61,016 nucleotides of DNA, filler included, from Basidioascus undulatus (GCA_000826855.1; 7 parts of 7 records of this genome joined end to end with filler, not necessarily neighbours in it); one strand, 5' to 3'; numbered from the whole stretch's first letter, positions 36,097 to 49,595 are shown. Numbers and translations: made by a program. Notes: generated by a model not told the origin, from the letters alone.

Positions 36097-37373
36097 ATGG
36101 AGCTCCTCCCCGAGAAAAACGCCGGGTACGCGACGCAGGAGTACTGGTGCGCCCTATCCTCCTCTATCTTCTCACCCACCCGTTTTTAAAACTTTTTCCA
36201 CAGGGATGAACGTTACTCCAAGTACCTCCTCCCACCCGCTCTTACATGCCTTCTTGCCTCTGACCAGGGCGGGTGAGGTCGTCGCAGAGAAGACCCCTCC
36301 AACACGTTCGACTGGTTCAAGACGTACGCGGACATCAGGCCGCTCATCCAGGAACTCATCCCCTCCCGCGATGCGCGCATCCTCATGCTCGGGTGCGGGA
36401 ACTCGTCCCTCTCCGCGGACATGTATGATGATGGGTATACGAACATCGTCAATATCGACGTGCGTCTTCCTTTCCCTCCTGTACTTTCTTCTTTGTACTT
36501 CCCCTTGGCTCAGGTGCTCATGAGATTTGCAGACCCATAGTACTCCAAAGTAGTCATTGACATGATGCGCGCCAAGCACGCCGAAGCTCGACCAGGGATG
36601 GAATGTCCGTCGTCCCTCTCCCCCCCTCTCATCCTCCTTCCTCCATCCCTCGTCCCTTCCTTTTCCCTCCAAATCTCCGAACTAATGCGACCCGACCAAA
36701 CCCCAGGGCTAGAGATGGACATCCGGTCCCTCTCCTTCCCATCCTCCTCATTTGACATCGCCCTCGACAAGGGCACGATGGACGCGCTCCTCGCGTCCGT
36801 CAATGACGTGTGGAACCCCGCGCCCGAGATCCTCGTCGACTGCGATCGGGAGGTCGCGGAGGTGCAGCGGTACGCTCTTCTCCTTCCTTCTGCCCCTCTC
36901 CTCTTCCCCTTCTTCCCCGCTACTGCTTCTCCCCCGCTTCGCTTCCTGCCTGCTTCTCTTTCTCCCCTCACTTCTCTTTATTCCCCGCTTCGTTCGCATC
37001 CTTCCCCGTTCTCTTTGGGTTCTAGATTCGGAAGACGGGAAGGACTAGGTATTGATGAAAGTGGTGGACGCCAGGGTGTTGAAAGCCCCACACGGCAAGA
37101 TGATCTACCTGACCTTCGGCCAGCCGCACTTCCGGCGCAAGATCCTCAACCGCGACCCGGCGGCGTGGGAGCTCGAGGTGCGCGAGCTGGGAGAGGGCTT
37201 CAGCTGTGCGTCTTCCCTTGCCTTCTTTCTCCACTCTTCTGTCGTGTCTTCGAGAGGCGAGGATGTTGAGGCGCTGATGCGCGGGGGGATGGGGGGGGGG
37301 GGGAGCAGATTATCTGTATATTTTGCGACGGAAACAGGAAAAGAAGGGGCAGGCGGAGGACGGAGCACAATAG
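36097..37373 (+). CDS. SAM-dependent protein lysine methyltransferase, EEF1AKMT4/METTL13-N-like
   Basis: EYW-DERY, FDWFKTY, ILMLGCGNS, NID-YS, EMDIRSL, FDIALDKGTMDAL and TFGQPHFR. Confidence 0.9.
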
Positions 37374-37973
37374 ACGTGGGCCTTCGGCTCGAGATTCCTC
37401 GACCTGTACAGGAAAGGTCAACTTCAACGCTTCGATGACCTCGATCGAAGACCTGCCAATCCTTCAGTCTTTCCACGCTCGGATTCAACCATTCTCGCTT
37501 TCACTCTCGCATCCTCGATCTGCGAACAAATCGACTCTTCCATTACTCTTGTTCATACTCAGTGATGATGCTCGGTTGGAACTCCCCTGGATGGGTGGGG
37601 AGGCAATTGGATTCGACGATGTAGGGTGCGGTAGGACGGTACGAATCGATACGGCACGGCTTGGTGCGCTATGCTAACAAAACAAAACAAAACCAGATGG
37701 TGATGGTGGAGTGGGGATGGGGGCGGACTGGCTACTGATAGGAGCCGAGAAGGAGGAGGAAGGAAGAGGATAGGACGGGTAGAGGACGAGGAAGGATGGG
37801 GTAGCCGCGCAGACCGAAGAGAAGGGATCGCGGGGTATCTGGGTATCGAGAGAATCGGAACATGGTATCGAACCTCTCCACCTCACGGCGCACACCTGCG
37901 CGGCGACTCAAACTCTCCCAACCTTCGCACCCTCCCCAGCCCCCGTGCCCTCTCCCGCCCTGCGCCCCTTCCC

Positions 37974-38073
37974 NNNNNNNNNNNNNNNNNNNNNNNNNNN
38001 NNNNNNNNNNNNNNNNNTTAATTAATTAANNNNNNNNNNNNNNNNNNNNNNNNNNNNNNNNNNNNNNNNNNNN
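37974..38073. other. Artificial contig-joining linker
   Basis: N44-TTAATTAATTAA-N44. Confidence 0.98.
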
Positions 38074-38108
38074 CCCCCCCCATCTCAATTCCTTTCTTAT
38101 CCAAAGTC

Positions 38109-39389
38109 TTACATCGTGGTCCGCGGCTGTGTAGTTTTGGCGTACTGTGGCAGAAGCTCAGCCAGGATGACCCGACCCATCGAGCGTGCGCTTGCCGGGT
38201 TTTGGCCTGTTCCCGGAACCGTCAATTGTCTGACCGTTCTCTGCGACTCAAACGAGTAAACTATTCACCGGTGATCAGAGTGCCCTTTTCCCCTTTCTTT
38301 GATCGCTCCACACAGTCGAACCAGGGCTTGTCAGCCTTCACGTACTGTCCGCCGAGTTCCTTGATCTTGTCCTCCACAAGAAACGGCACCTCTTCCATGA
38401 CAATTCGGGATTAATTTTGATGTTGATGAAGGTGAAATGGAACGCACTATCCGCCAGCCCGACCTCATGCTCTTCTTGATTAGAGAACGCAGTAGCCCTG
38501 CAAGCCCCGGTCATCGCACACAGAGCTTCGGTGTAACAAAATCCTAGCTCACTTGTTCCCGGCAAAGATCGAAGCCCCATTCTTATCCTTGACCTCGACG
38601 AGTGCGCCCGGCCCGTGGCACACAGCCGCGACGACTTTGCCGTTCTGGTACATCTGGTCGCATCCCGCGATGAACCCTGTACGTAAGTGAAGCCCGTATT
38701 CACATGCCCCAGAAAGCAATAGACTCACATGAGCTGCCAGGTTGATGGAATCTTGGTCCCTTGCCAGGTCGACAACAGGCCCGTGTCCACCAACTAACCC
38801 CTCTTCACTGTCGGTTGCCGGTCGACGTAAAGACAGTGGGCACGCACCGTAGAAAACCGCCTCGTATTTATTCTTGTCCACCTGTCATCTACCGAGCCAT
38901 CAGTATCATAGTGAATGTATCTCAGGGCCCTACGCACCTCGGAAAGCTTCATCGTGTGTTCATAACCAGATTGCTTTTCGTTGCCCTTAGCCTTCTCATC
39001 CTCCATCAGGAGCCCTGTCATAGGGATTTAGAAACCATGTCTTCTAATCATCAAAATGCACTCACGAGACTCTTCATCCAAGTGCTTCCTAGCATGCTTG
39101 ATTCCCGCCGGATCGAGCGGCGGTGCGCCGCCTTTCGGGCTCGCCCAGTCGATGTCGACGTGCGGACTCAGATGGACATATGGGTTCTTCAACAGAAGTT
39201 CAGAACTAATTTTTTGAATTCTAGTAGGTAGCCCACCGCTGCTTCGGGCAAGACTTGTGGGCCAGGTCGTCAGCCAGTCTCAGCTGCGCAGTTATTGGAT
39301 CGCGAGAGACACTCACACCATCCTGTCGGTGTCCCGTCCGGGAGTTTGTCGGCGGAGGTGAGGATGAAGAGGATCCGGGGTCGAGACAT
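38109..39389 (-). CDS. DJ-1/PfpI (Hsp31-like glyoxalase III) family protein; some small exons not resolved
   Basis: MSRPRILFILTSADKLPDGTPTGW, WASPKGGAPPLDP, YEAVFY-VGGHGPVVDL, AAVCHGPGAL (catalytic Cys), TAFSNQEE, VPFLVED and TGQNPASA. Confidence 0.85.
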
Positions 39390-39663
39390 TTTTATCTGGA
39401 GTTGGGTCTCGCGACACAGACAATTTGATCAGTTTGGCGGGCGGCGAGAGGGGGAGGCGCGGGCGTGCAGGGGGCGGCTTTGGATGATGGGCCGGTGAGG
39501 CATGATGCGAAGGTTCGGGCTCAAACATAATTTGCAGAAAGAGACAAGTAGAGTCATATTGGGCCTTTCTGTGCCAGAAATCACACGTCAGATTTTGGGT
39601 AAGTTGCAAGCACGCTGCAGCTGCAATGATTCCAAGTCGCGAACAGCGCAAGATCAATATGCA

Positions 39664-40460
39664 TCAGAGGTACGCCTGATAGTCGGCCTCGGTCAGTTCG
39701 TACGCCCAATGGTAGAGGGTCTGGATCAATTGTAACCAGCATCAGTGTTCCTGAAATAACGGAAGACTTACTGGTGAACCAGAATGCTCTTACCTGTCGA
39801 TTCACCGTTGAGATGGTCGGGTCGTTCCACTTGCCCTGCTGTTGGTCTATCTTCTTTACGAGCATCCGCTTGAAACGACCGGCGGGACCAGCGCACCCCA
39901 CCCCTGCAACTGAGTCTTAAGCACAGGATCCTCGCTTCTAAAGAACTCGGCGGGTGTACAGCGCCTGATCTGCCGATCGTCGTCCTTAGTCCGTCGCCCT
40001 TGGTAGAAACGGCAGTACCATTGAAACCAACCCCTTGGATCCTGAGAGACCAAGAATGGCAAGAACTTCAGTTTCCATGCAATTATGCCATAGTACGAGT
40101 ACGCAGGCAGGGCGCACCTGAGGTCTAATCCACCCGGACGCTTCCCACTCCGCCAAGCTCTGTCCTGCCTTCACACCAAATCTGTTCATCTCCACACGGT
40201 ACTCCGGCGATATAAGGTGGGTCTGAGGGTCCAAACCCGCGACCCAATCAGGCGGCAAGTCCGAGTAGTCGGCGGGCAGCGTCGTCTCTACAGTACGAGA
40301 CGGTGTCTCTCTGTCCTCCTCTCGCTGCGTCAATCCATGAAAATGGACTGAGCGGATAGTCTAAACATCATACCTGAAGAATCCACCCCCAAAGACTCCA
40401 CCGCGCAGCATCTCCTCTGGTGAGAGATTAGGCTGAAAATGCTCGTATCCCTCCTCGAAC
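39664..40460 (-). CDS. Conserved uncharacterised Trp/Arg-rich protein (DPRGWFQWYCRFY family); start not resolved
   Basis: Exons FQPNLSPEEMLRGGVFGGGFF, NRFGVKAGQSLAEWEASGWI, DPRGWFQWYCRFYQGRRTKDDDRQIRR, WVGCAGPAGRFKRML and QTLYHWAYELTEADY. Confidence 0.75.
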
Positions 40461-41559
40461 AACGCAAAACAAACACAAATGAGGGACTTGCCGCCTCGAA
40501 AAGCAGCTTCTCGTAGGCGTGCCGCTGCTCAGGCGCAGTGCACGCGCCTCGCGCAGTTGCGTCTCCTCATGGAGGCGTTCGGCATGGCGGTCGATGTCCT
40601 ATTTCAGGCGCAGGGTCTCGTTGGCCATTCGGTTCTGGCACACTTCTGTACATGACTGAAAGCGCCCACCGCGGGGTTGGACGGCGACGCACCTAGGGCG
40701 CAGCCAGCGTGAAACCGAAGAAGCCAGCACCAGCGAGCACTGCGAGTGTCGTGAGCGTCGACGTGCTGCCGCTCCCAGCCGGCGAGGAGGCCGGCGATGG
40801 TGTCGAGGCGGTGGTACACATGGACCTCTGGGAACGGGTGACAACGCGGATGCTGCGGGGGATGGTGCGGTACATTATGAGCTGCGGGGTGAGGAAATAG
40901 ATAGGTTGAGTATAATTGTACGTTGGGAGGAGCAAGGAGGTGAAGGGGAATGCAAACGACAGCACAGCGGGCGCTGCCGTCCACTATTACTTGTACAAGT
41001 ACCTATGTGCCGTACTCAACGAGACACGAAACATACTTTATTACAATTATTGTAGGAATATCTGTTTTTTGCGCCAGTTTTGGCAAGCGAAATACTTTGG
41101 TATCTGCCGTGGAGGGCACCACCGCCTGGCAGCCCGCAGAGTCAAGCAGAAAACTGCTCGAACAATTCCTATACAATCAAGCATATCAGAGGAGACTTGA
41201 GCCCGGCAAATGTTCTGTACTTGTTCGTGCAAGAATGTGAGCACACCGTGCGTGGTCGGACCAGAGGAACCAGCACGGCTCAGGGCCTCCGAGTCGCAAT
41301 GCGCCCCCAGGCCACGGGCCATCTTGACCTCCTTCCGCCATCATCTCGATCTCATCCAAGTGGCACCCTAAGTTCCAGCTTTACTGAGTCATAGCATCCC
41401 TATCAGTCAAGTCTGTGATGCTCTCCTTCCTGAGGAGCATGCTTGTTTGCTTGTGCGTCCTCTTTGCTCTAACTGGCTCGCCCGGGCTCGCCGGATCGCA
41501 AGGGGAGGTGCTCAGTAGATGGGGAAAGCTGACGCTGCATACCTCTGCAATTCACATTT

Positions 41560-42300
41560 CAGGTGGTACCTTATCTTGGCATTGAAATACACAGGCAGCC
41601 TAGAAAGGGCCTTGGCCGCCTTGTGGGAGCCCAACGCTGTCATCACCGGTATCTTCTGCATCTTTCTGATCGCCTGCTGGATCGAGACTCATCCGCCAGA
41701 CCAACCGCTGGACTCTACCCAACGCATAAGCCTCATTGTCGCGTTCACTGTCTTCTTTCAAGGCGCGCTTGCCGACCTCGACCGCGCCGGGGCGGACATC
41801 AAGTCGTGCTTCGTGGACTTCACTTCTCGCCTGTCGATCATAGCTCCTCTTGTCCTCGCACAGCTTTGTTCGGGTGTGGATCTTGCTGATGCCCTCGATC
41901 CCCTCTACGTCAGCCAAGTGAATCCGCTTTCCGCAATGCGCAAGGATCTCGACCTCCTCGTCCTGGTCAGGGCCGCATTTCGCGTCGTAGCACCCTGGCC
42001 AGCCACATCGACAGCATCATTCCATTGCTCGTCGAAACAATCGCTTGCTTTGAAGAGTATGCATCAGCTCGTACCGCGCTGACCGCGCCCGGGAGCCAGT
42101 CACCAAGCCTGCTGCCCTTCGTCCAGCACATCCTCAACCCGCGCGCCAACCGCCAGACCCTACGCGCTTCCATTGAGAGGCTTGATGCGCTCCCTGTGCG
42201 GATTGACATGCTCAACCGGAGGACGTTCCCCCGCGCCGCGGTGGCACCCAGTGCGAGATTCAAGGATGTGCGTGCGGCGTGGGCGGCTGTTGGGGCATGA
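41560..42300 (+). CDS. Possible hypothetical protein (helical, Leu-rich); family not recognised, may be disrupted
   Basis: Coding-like ORFs 41519-42082 and 42025-42300 in different frames, preceded by an intron-like acceptor. Confidence 0.3.
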
Positions 42301-43726
42301 TTGCCTGAGCTTAGAAGGGGAAGGGTTCGAGGGGGGGTTAGAGCTTTCACTGTTTTTGCGTAATAATTTACAATTGGAACAGGCTAGCGGGTTATCGCTG
42401 CCAGCAAACTACATATCGGAGGCGATGTCAAGCGGATGCATACTACCCTCGATATTCCCTATCGGAATGATCGGAAATCTCAGATAGCTGCGTTTGCACA
42501 TAAGCAATACACTGTCCAACACCACTGAGCGACACAGTCCGGCTGACGTCCATTAAGGGCAGCCTTCGGCACTAGCTGGCTGGGCCACTTTGATTCCCCG
42601 TGTGGGAAACGAAATAAAACCCGGGAAAGTGATATATTTAGGAATTATCCAATGTTTTTATCCGCTCGAACAGGAACAGCGGCCAAAATGAACGCGAGAC
42701 GGCGTGCCCACGACTCGGAGACTCGCGAGAAAGAGGCTGACGGTGCACTGGATATTTTGAAAAAAAATACAGTTAATTGCGTTGCTGATGGATCCCACAT
42801 TGACATTGGCAAGCCCGAGGGAAGGGCACGCTTGGACGGACTAGAACAGCCCCAGAAGACTGTGCTCGTCATCTGACTTGGAAACTGGGTACTCTGGTGC
42901 AACGAACGAGGGAATGGAAAGGGTTTACTTGCCCTCAAAGCGGCATTACGCTGCCGTCACGATATACCCCACCAGGTGAAGGTCGAAGTCGAGAGTCGAA
43001 AAGCGGGAGGTCCGCACCCTGTGCTTCCGAGAGTTAGGGAGGGGGTCAAAAGGTTTCTGCATCACACGCGTACTGTAAAGTAGGCTTAGTGGTATAATAT
43101 GAAGGTGGTGGGGTGTTTTAACGCTCCGAAGACCTGGGGCGAGCGCTCCTTCAGAGTGCATAGGCGAGTCACCCGGGCGAGTGCAGTGCAGAAGAACAGG
43201 AAACGCGGCTAGTGGCGAGAACAACCATATGCTGACATGTGATTTTTTCCTATTTAGTCCTGCGGGGATTTTATCAGAGCTTTATGGCCAAAAATGCAGT
43301 CGATGGAGCCACAGAAGCACCATGGTGCACAATTGTACTTGACGTCTCAACATGCGAGGGGCGTCCTGCTTCTGATTAGGAGGGTGCGATCGGTAGGACC
43401 TAACACATTCACCTAAAATCTCTTTACAGGCACGCGCTCTTGAAATGGAAAGGGGGATTTTGGGCTCAACTGCTTCGTTCAGTCTACCGCTTGCTTTCTT
43501 TCACCGCTGCAGACTATTTTCAAAAACCTCACATCCAGTGATCGTCATGGCAAGAGCGTGCAAAACTCAAAAGTCAAAAGTGCAAAACAAGTCGAAAGAA
43601 GCTCCACGTCCTCACTCGCTCCCCCCCCCGTCCGCCCTCGCCCTAGCCTTCACCCTCCTCCCCGCGCTCCTCCTCTTCTTCATCGGCGCCTCCTCCTTCC
43701 TCCCTCCCCTTCCCCTCTCCTTCCTA

Positions 43727-43826
43727 NNNNNNNNNNNNNNNNNNNNNNNNNNNNNNNNNNNNNNNNNNNNTTAATTAATTAANNNNNNNNNNNNNNNNNN
43801 NNNNNNNNNNNNNNNNNNNNNNNNNN
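43727..43826. other. Artificial contig-joining linker
   Basis: N44-TTAATTAATTAA-N44. Confidence 0.98.
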
Positions 43827-43844
43827 CGTGTGCTCTTCCGATCT
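43827..43844 (+). other. Untrimmed Illumina TruSeq adapter remnant
   Basis: CGTGTGCTCTTCCGATCT is the 3' end of the TruSeq read-2 primer/adapter and sits at the first base of the contig. Confidence 0.95.
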
Positions 43845-44782
43845 TTTCTCCCCCCTCCTCCTCCTCCTCTCACCCACAGCCTCCAGTCCCAGCACACCCC
43901 CTCCACCCGCGCCCGCGCGCAAGTCTCGCGCTTCATGACGCGGTCGACCCGGAGCCCGAGCACGAGCCGGCGGTGCACGGCCTCGGCCCGCCGTACAGCC
44001 TGCTCGTCGTCGATCGCTCTGAGGCAAACGCCTTCAGCTTCGGGTTCGGCAGCGAGCGCGCGGGGGGGATCGTCCTCTTCTTGGGGTTCCTGGACGAGAT
44101 CCTTCGGCTATACCCCAACGACGCTCCTGTGCCCGCGCCCGCGCCCGAAAAGGGAGGGGGGCTGAGTTTCCTGCGCAGCCTCGTCTCCCCCTCCTCCACC
44201 GTGCAGGCCTCCTCCCGCGAAGCTAGCACGCCCTCCCCCGAAGCCTCCGCAGCCCTCGCCGTCCTCCTCTCGCATGAGCTGGCGCACCTCCTCCTCTCGC
44301 ACCACCTCGAGACGCTCTCGTACTCGTCCCTCCTCCTCCCCTCCCTCCTCTCCCTCTCGCTCGACACCCTCCGCGCGCTCCTCTTCCCGCTCACGACCCT
44401 CCTCGGGCCCTTCGTCTCTGACGCGCTCGCCGCGCAGCAGGAGACGCTCATCACCCGCTTCTCCTCGGGCGACCCCGCGCAGTGCCTGGTGGGCGCGACG
44501 AGCGCCGCGTGCTGGTCTAGGAAACTGGAGGTGGAGGCGGACCGCGTGGGGCTCAGGCTGCTCAGTGCTGCCGGCTGGGATCCGAGGCTTGCGATTCGGT
44601 TTTGGGAGGCGAAGGGGAGGGCGGGGCAGGCGGAGGAGGAGAAGGGGAAGGGCGAGTGTGGGTGGTTGAGGACTCACCCGCCTGATGGGGAGAGGCTGGA
44701 GGCCATGAAGAGGGAGCTGAGGGAGTGGGAGTGCGCGGCGAGGCTGAGGGAGGAGAGGGAGAAGAAGGAGGCCGGCAGGTGA
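43845..44782 (+). CDS. Peptidase M48 (OMA1-like) metalloprotease, 5'-truncated
   Basis: EANAFSFG, LAVLLSHELAH (HExxH at ~44273), LEVEADRVGL, AAGWDPR and WLRTHP. Confidence 0.88.
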
Positions 44783-45369
44783 AGGCTTTCGTGGCCTTTC
44801 GCGATGTCGCTCCTCGTACGCTGGACCTTTTCGAACCTCGCTCCCTCACCATATTGCGCCCGTCCCCGTAACGCACATTGTGTCCTCACCCTCCCTTTGC
44901 TGGCTATCTGCATCACGCACATTTCCCATACCCGTCGCACACGTACCACTCTCCTTTGTTGCCTTTCCCTATCCTCGCACTGCACACACCTTCTTCCCGC
45001 AATACGCAGCCGCACACCCCCACTCATTCAGACCACAGCATTCTCCGTAACCCTTTGTATTGTATTATTGCCATATTACCACATCGTCATCATGATCATC
45101 ATGATCATCCCACCTCCTGTAGGAGACGGGCAGGGAGTAGAAGTAGAGCAGATAAAGCAAGTGATGCGCTATAGTGCCAAAACGCGGATAGGAAAGAGAA
45201 AAGGAAGAAAACAGAATAAAAGAGGGGGAAAGGGACATGGGAAAGGGACGTGCGAGAAGTGGAGGATTACGCGTCAGCGTGCGAATAGGGGTCTAGCAGG
45301 CAAGGGTTCGACGAGTGAGGATGGACGGGATGGAATGGGCGACAGGAGGCTGGAGGAGGAGGGCGGCAT

Positions 45370-47049
45370 CTACTGCGAGACGTAGGACTGCTCGGTGAAG
45401 GCCGTGCCCGCGATCGTGAGCTTGCCGGACTCAACGCCGTCGATGCCCTCCGGCACTTCGATAGTGAGCGTTGCGGGGTTGAGGTACTGTTCGGTCCGAA
45501 GGAGCGTCAGGGTTTGGAAGGGAGGAGAGATGGAGGAGGAGGGAAAAGAGGCAGGTCCGCGAAGGGAGGAAGGGAAAGACCGAGGGGAGAAGAGAAGGGA
45601 CGCACCTGGTAGATGTACGGCTTGGCGCCCGCAACAGCGTTTACGACCTTCTTGACAAAGTACGGGATGGCGGCGAGGACGTCGACCTTCTCGACCAGCC
45701 CGCGGGCCTCCTCCTTCCTCCACCCCCCAAGCGGCAAGACCACCTCGCCCGCGACCTTCTTCCCCTCCGCGCCGGCACCAATCGCCGCGCCGTCCCAGAC
45801 GTATCGGACCTCCGTCGGCACGTCATACGTGGTCTCCTCGTCACGGACGAGGGCGCGGTGCTCCGCGGCGTTGGCGCCCGAGTTGCTGGACGCGTCGGCG
45901 CCCGGGTATTGCGTGGACGCGGAGACGGAGACGAGCCGCTCGTTCAGAACGAGTGCACCGATGTTGATCTTTACGCCGTGGGGGCCGTCCGGACGCGAGG
46001 CGAGCCCGTAAGAGGAGGTCGTCTCGAACTCCATTTGGATCCCCGCGGCGCCGCCGTGCTGCGCGGATTGGAAGAGGATGAAGTTCCAGGTGCGGGCGAC
46101 GAGCTGTGGGGCGGATGGGGTGGGGTAAAATCGAGAAAGAGGAGAGGGAGGAGAGGGAGAGGGAGATGGGGGCACGCACGTTCGGCCGCATCCCCTGAAT
46201 AGCGTGGATGAACGCGCCTTCGCCCTTAGCATCGACGAGCTGGCCCTTAACGATGACCTGCCCCTCGGAGTGCAAGCGCGGCCAGAACCGGTGCACGACG
46301 AACCCATCGCGCTCCTTCGCGTCCCTGCTCTTCCCAAACGCCGTCACGCCGCCCTCGGGGCCCTTGCCGAGCTTGAAGCCCTTGCACCCCGCGCGCCGCA
46401 CGAAGGACAGAACGACCTGCACGTCGTCGTCCAGCTTTGCGTTGATTTGGTACGTCTCGTCCCCCGAGCCGGCGTCCATCGAGTGCAGGCACGTGAACTG
46501 GTCCGATGACGAGGAACGCTTGTCGTACGGCGTCTCGCTGGAGGGCGCCCGCGCCGGGGGAGTCGAGAAGTTCGTCACGTTGATGGACTTCCAGAGCTTC
46601 GTTTTGGTACCTGGCGTGTAGAGCATGAAGTTGAGCTGGATTTGGGGGTACCAGAGGCTGGGGGAAGGAATGTCAGTTGCTGGGAGGCGAGACAGTGTGG
46701 GAACGCGAGGGAAGAAGACGAGGAGAATGGCCGTGCGCACTCACCCGACGTGCGAGTGCAGGATCTGCACGCTGAGGCACTGGCCGTCCTCCAGGACCGA
46801 GTACCACGTCTGGGTCTCGACGACAAAGTTCGAGTTGACCGCAGCCCACTCAGTGTCCTGCGGTTCGAGCTCGCCAAAGTACGCCTCAGGCGGGAAGTGC
46901 TCGGGCGCGGGGAAGAGGTTCGGCGTCTTTGCGTGGGAGCCGCTGGACGCGTCGCAGGCCAAGTTCAGCATGGACACAGTGGATCTTTCCTTGTGACAGG
47001 GTTTGTGAAGAAGGGGAAAAACATACCCGCCGAGGAATGAGGAGAACAT
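45370..47049 (-). CDS. SVF1: Survival factor 1 (Svf1) family protein
   Basis: GELEPQDTEW, VETQTWY, QILHSHVG, GFKLGKGPEGG, VVHRFWPR, FIHAIQGMRPN-LVARTWNF, MEFETT and LVEKVDVLAAIPYFVKKVV...GAKPYIYQ. Confidence 0.92.
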
Positions 47050-47795
47050 GACGTGTGTTGGGGGGATTGGGAGGAGAGAGGGGGGAGAGGGAGGAGGGAG
47101 AGGAGTGTGAGAGGGGAAGGCAAGCGGTCAGCTCAGCTCAACTTGGGCGAGTGAGAGCTCGGTTCCCGCGCGAGGCGGCCGAGCCCGCCGAACCTCCAGA
47201 CGGCAGACCTTCGCCCGTAAGACCAGCCAACTTCATGCAGGCTAGCCGTCCTTCCGACTCTCATCATCTGGGAACGGAACACGAAGATGCAAGTGCGGCA
47301 TCTTCAGTTGTGTCGAGACTTCGAGTGACCAGGATCGCAGGGTCGGCGGATCATTGAAGCCAGCATCGACTCCAGGGTTTGACGCGTTTCAACTTTCAAG
47401 CAACTTCGAGGCTCTAAAGTAGTGCGTTCATATGCCTGAAGAGCAGGTACTTTTTTCTCTTGCCGTGTACACAAAATATACGACGCCAACACTGGATGCA
47501 GTTCACAAACCGTGCACCAACGCTGTCTCTGTCGCGAACGTTTGCGAACGTGCGAGGATCAGCAGACGCGAGCGGTGCGTCATCTGGCCAAATTTCCCAC
47601 GAATCTCTATCCATCCTGGCAATCTCCGCAATGAATTCATCCAACCCCGGCTATCACGTGAGCCATCAGTGATTCTTGATTGCCCCACGTCCTAAGGCCT
47701 CCGGGCATTTCTTCGTCGTCCTCGCCATCACCTCGTCCAACCCCATAATTCCATACCTCCAGCCAGCAGAGACCACCGCCGCGCCCTCGAATCGA

Positions 47796-49495
47796 ATGCC
47801 TATCCCCGTCCCGCTCATCCCCCTCATCTGCGAAACAGTCTACTACTGCTCCCGCCCCGTCGCCTCCCTCGACCCCGTCGCCGTCCCCGGCACCTGGTCC
47901 GAGCAGGAGGCCCGCAAGACTCTATGGGCGCTCTCCCTCATCAACAAGACATGGCACGAGGAGGCCGGCAAGTTTCTCTGGCGCCGCGTCAACTTCCGTC
48001 TCGCGGGCGGCTTCCTCCGCGTCGTTGATGTCGTCGGTGGCGGCGAGGGCGACGACGACTCTTCCGCATCCGACAGCGACGCCAGCGTAGGCGGGGCAGG
48101 CCGAAGCGGTGTGCTGGGGGAGAAGAAAAGGAGGAAGAGTTCGAGGTTCAAGATTCGTCCGGAGCCCATCTTGCCCGACCGTCCGCCGCCGCGCAAGTCG
48201 TCCCTCCGCATCTCGCACGTCCCCGCGTCCGACACCGAGGACGACGAGATGGCGCCCCCGAACCCCACCGTCGCCTCACGCGTCACACCCATCACGTCCC
48301 CCGTGCTCTCCACGGGACACTTCACGCCACCCGTCGTGCCCTCCGGCCCGTCCACGCCCGCCATCTCCCCGCAGCCGTCCCCCCCGCCCATCTTCACCTC
48401 TGCCGCTGCGGTCGACGCGTTCTTCGCGCAGCCCACCGTCCCTGAGGACATCATCACCCCGCCGGGCAGCCGCACGCAGTCGCCCGCGCGCCCCGGGCTT
48501 GTGCACACTACCGGCCACGCGCACCAGATCCGCCCGCGCAGTCTGAGCCCCGTCCGCGATCGTTTCAGGGAGTTCAAGCCGTTCAGGGACCCGAGCTGTT
48601 GGGAGGAGGAGGAGCGGAGGCGCGAGGAGCAGCGCAGCAGGAGCAGGGAGGAGGAGGAAAAGGCGAGGGGCCGCAGCCCGATCAACCGCATCACGGGCAG
48701 GAGCTACACCCCCGTCACCATCCGCGACCCCAGCCCAGCGAGGGTGCGCCTTGCGGAACTGTGAGTATTTTCGTAACTTGGTGTTTCAAGTGGTGTCTGA
48801 CTGTGCATCGTTTTTGCAGGCGTGAGGGTGAGGAGGACGACGAGGACATGTGGTTCGGTGAGCGCAGCCTGCTTTTCAAAATTTCACCCCCACCCGCTGA
48901 CGTCCTTCAAGACCCCCTCTCGCCCGCGACCGAGACCCCGTACCCCGCCAAGCACATCAACTATATCTCCTTCTCTTCATTCCGCACCGCCGGTCTTCGC
49001 CGCAGTCTCGCGCAGGGCACGGAGGAGCGCTTCTGCACGCCCGAGCGCCTTCTGCGCTTGGTCAATGCATGCCGTGCACTTCGCGGGTTCGGGGCCAGCG
49101 AGTACATGGACTCTGGTTCGTCGTAAAGGTCTATTCGCTTAAGTCAACTTCACTGATACTGACTTGTATTTTCGTCAGCCCTCACCCTCCCCGTCCTGGA
49201 ATCCCTCCTTCTCCGCGCACCTCCGAACAAGCCTATGCCGCTGAAGCGCTCGCAGTCGCTGCACACGCGCCCCGTGAGCGCCGCGAGCCGTTCGCTCTCC
49301 CCACCGCACCACGTCGTTCCCGGGCGGCCGCTCTGCGCGCTCGACCTGACCGGCTGCGTCTCCAACACGTTCATCAGCGCGCTCGACGAGTTCGTGCGGC
49401 GGCACCTGTCGGGGCGCGCGCGCGACTCAGTGGACGAGGCGGACGAGGAGTACTATGTCGAGGACGAGGACGAGGACGAGCGCGGGCGCATCGGC
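47796..49495 (+). CDS. Uncharacterised fungal protein with F-box-like N-terminus and LRR-like C-terminal part, 3'-truncated
   Basis: LWALSLINKTWHEEAGKFLWRRV, a Ser/Pro-rich insert, then SFRTAGLRRS, FGASEYMD-SALTLPVLESLL and LCALDLTGC; introns at ~48761 and ~49115. Confidence 0.65.
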
Positions 49496-49595
49496 NNNNN
49501 NNNNNNNNNNNNNNNNNNNNNNNNNNNNNNNNNNNNNNNTTAATTAATTAANNNNNNNNNNNNNNNNNNNNNNNNNNNNNNNNNNNNNNNNNNNN
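49496..49595. other. Artificial contig-joining linker
   Basis: N44-TTAATTAATTAA-N44. Confidence 0.98.
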
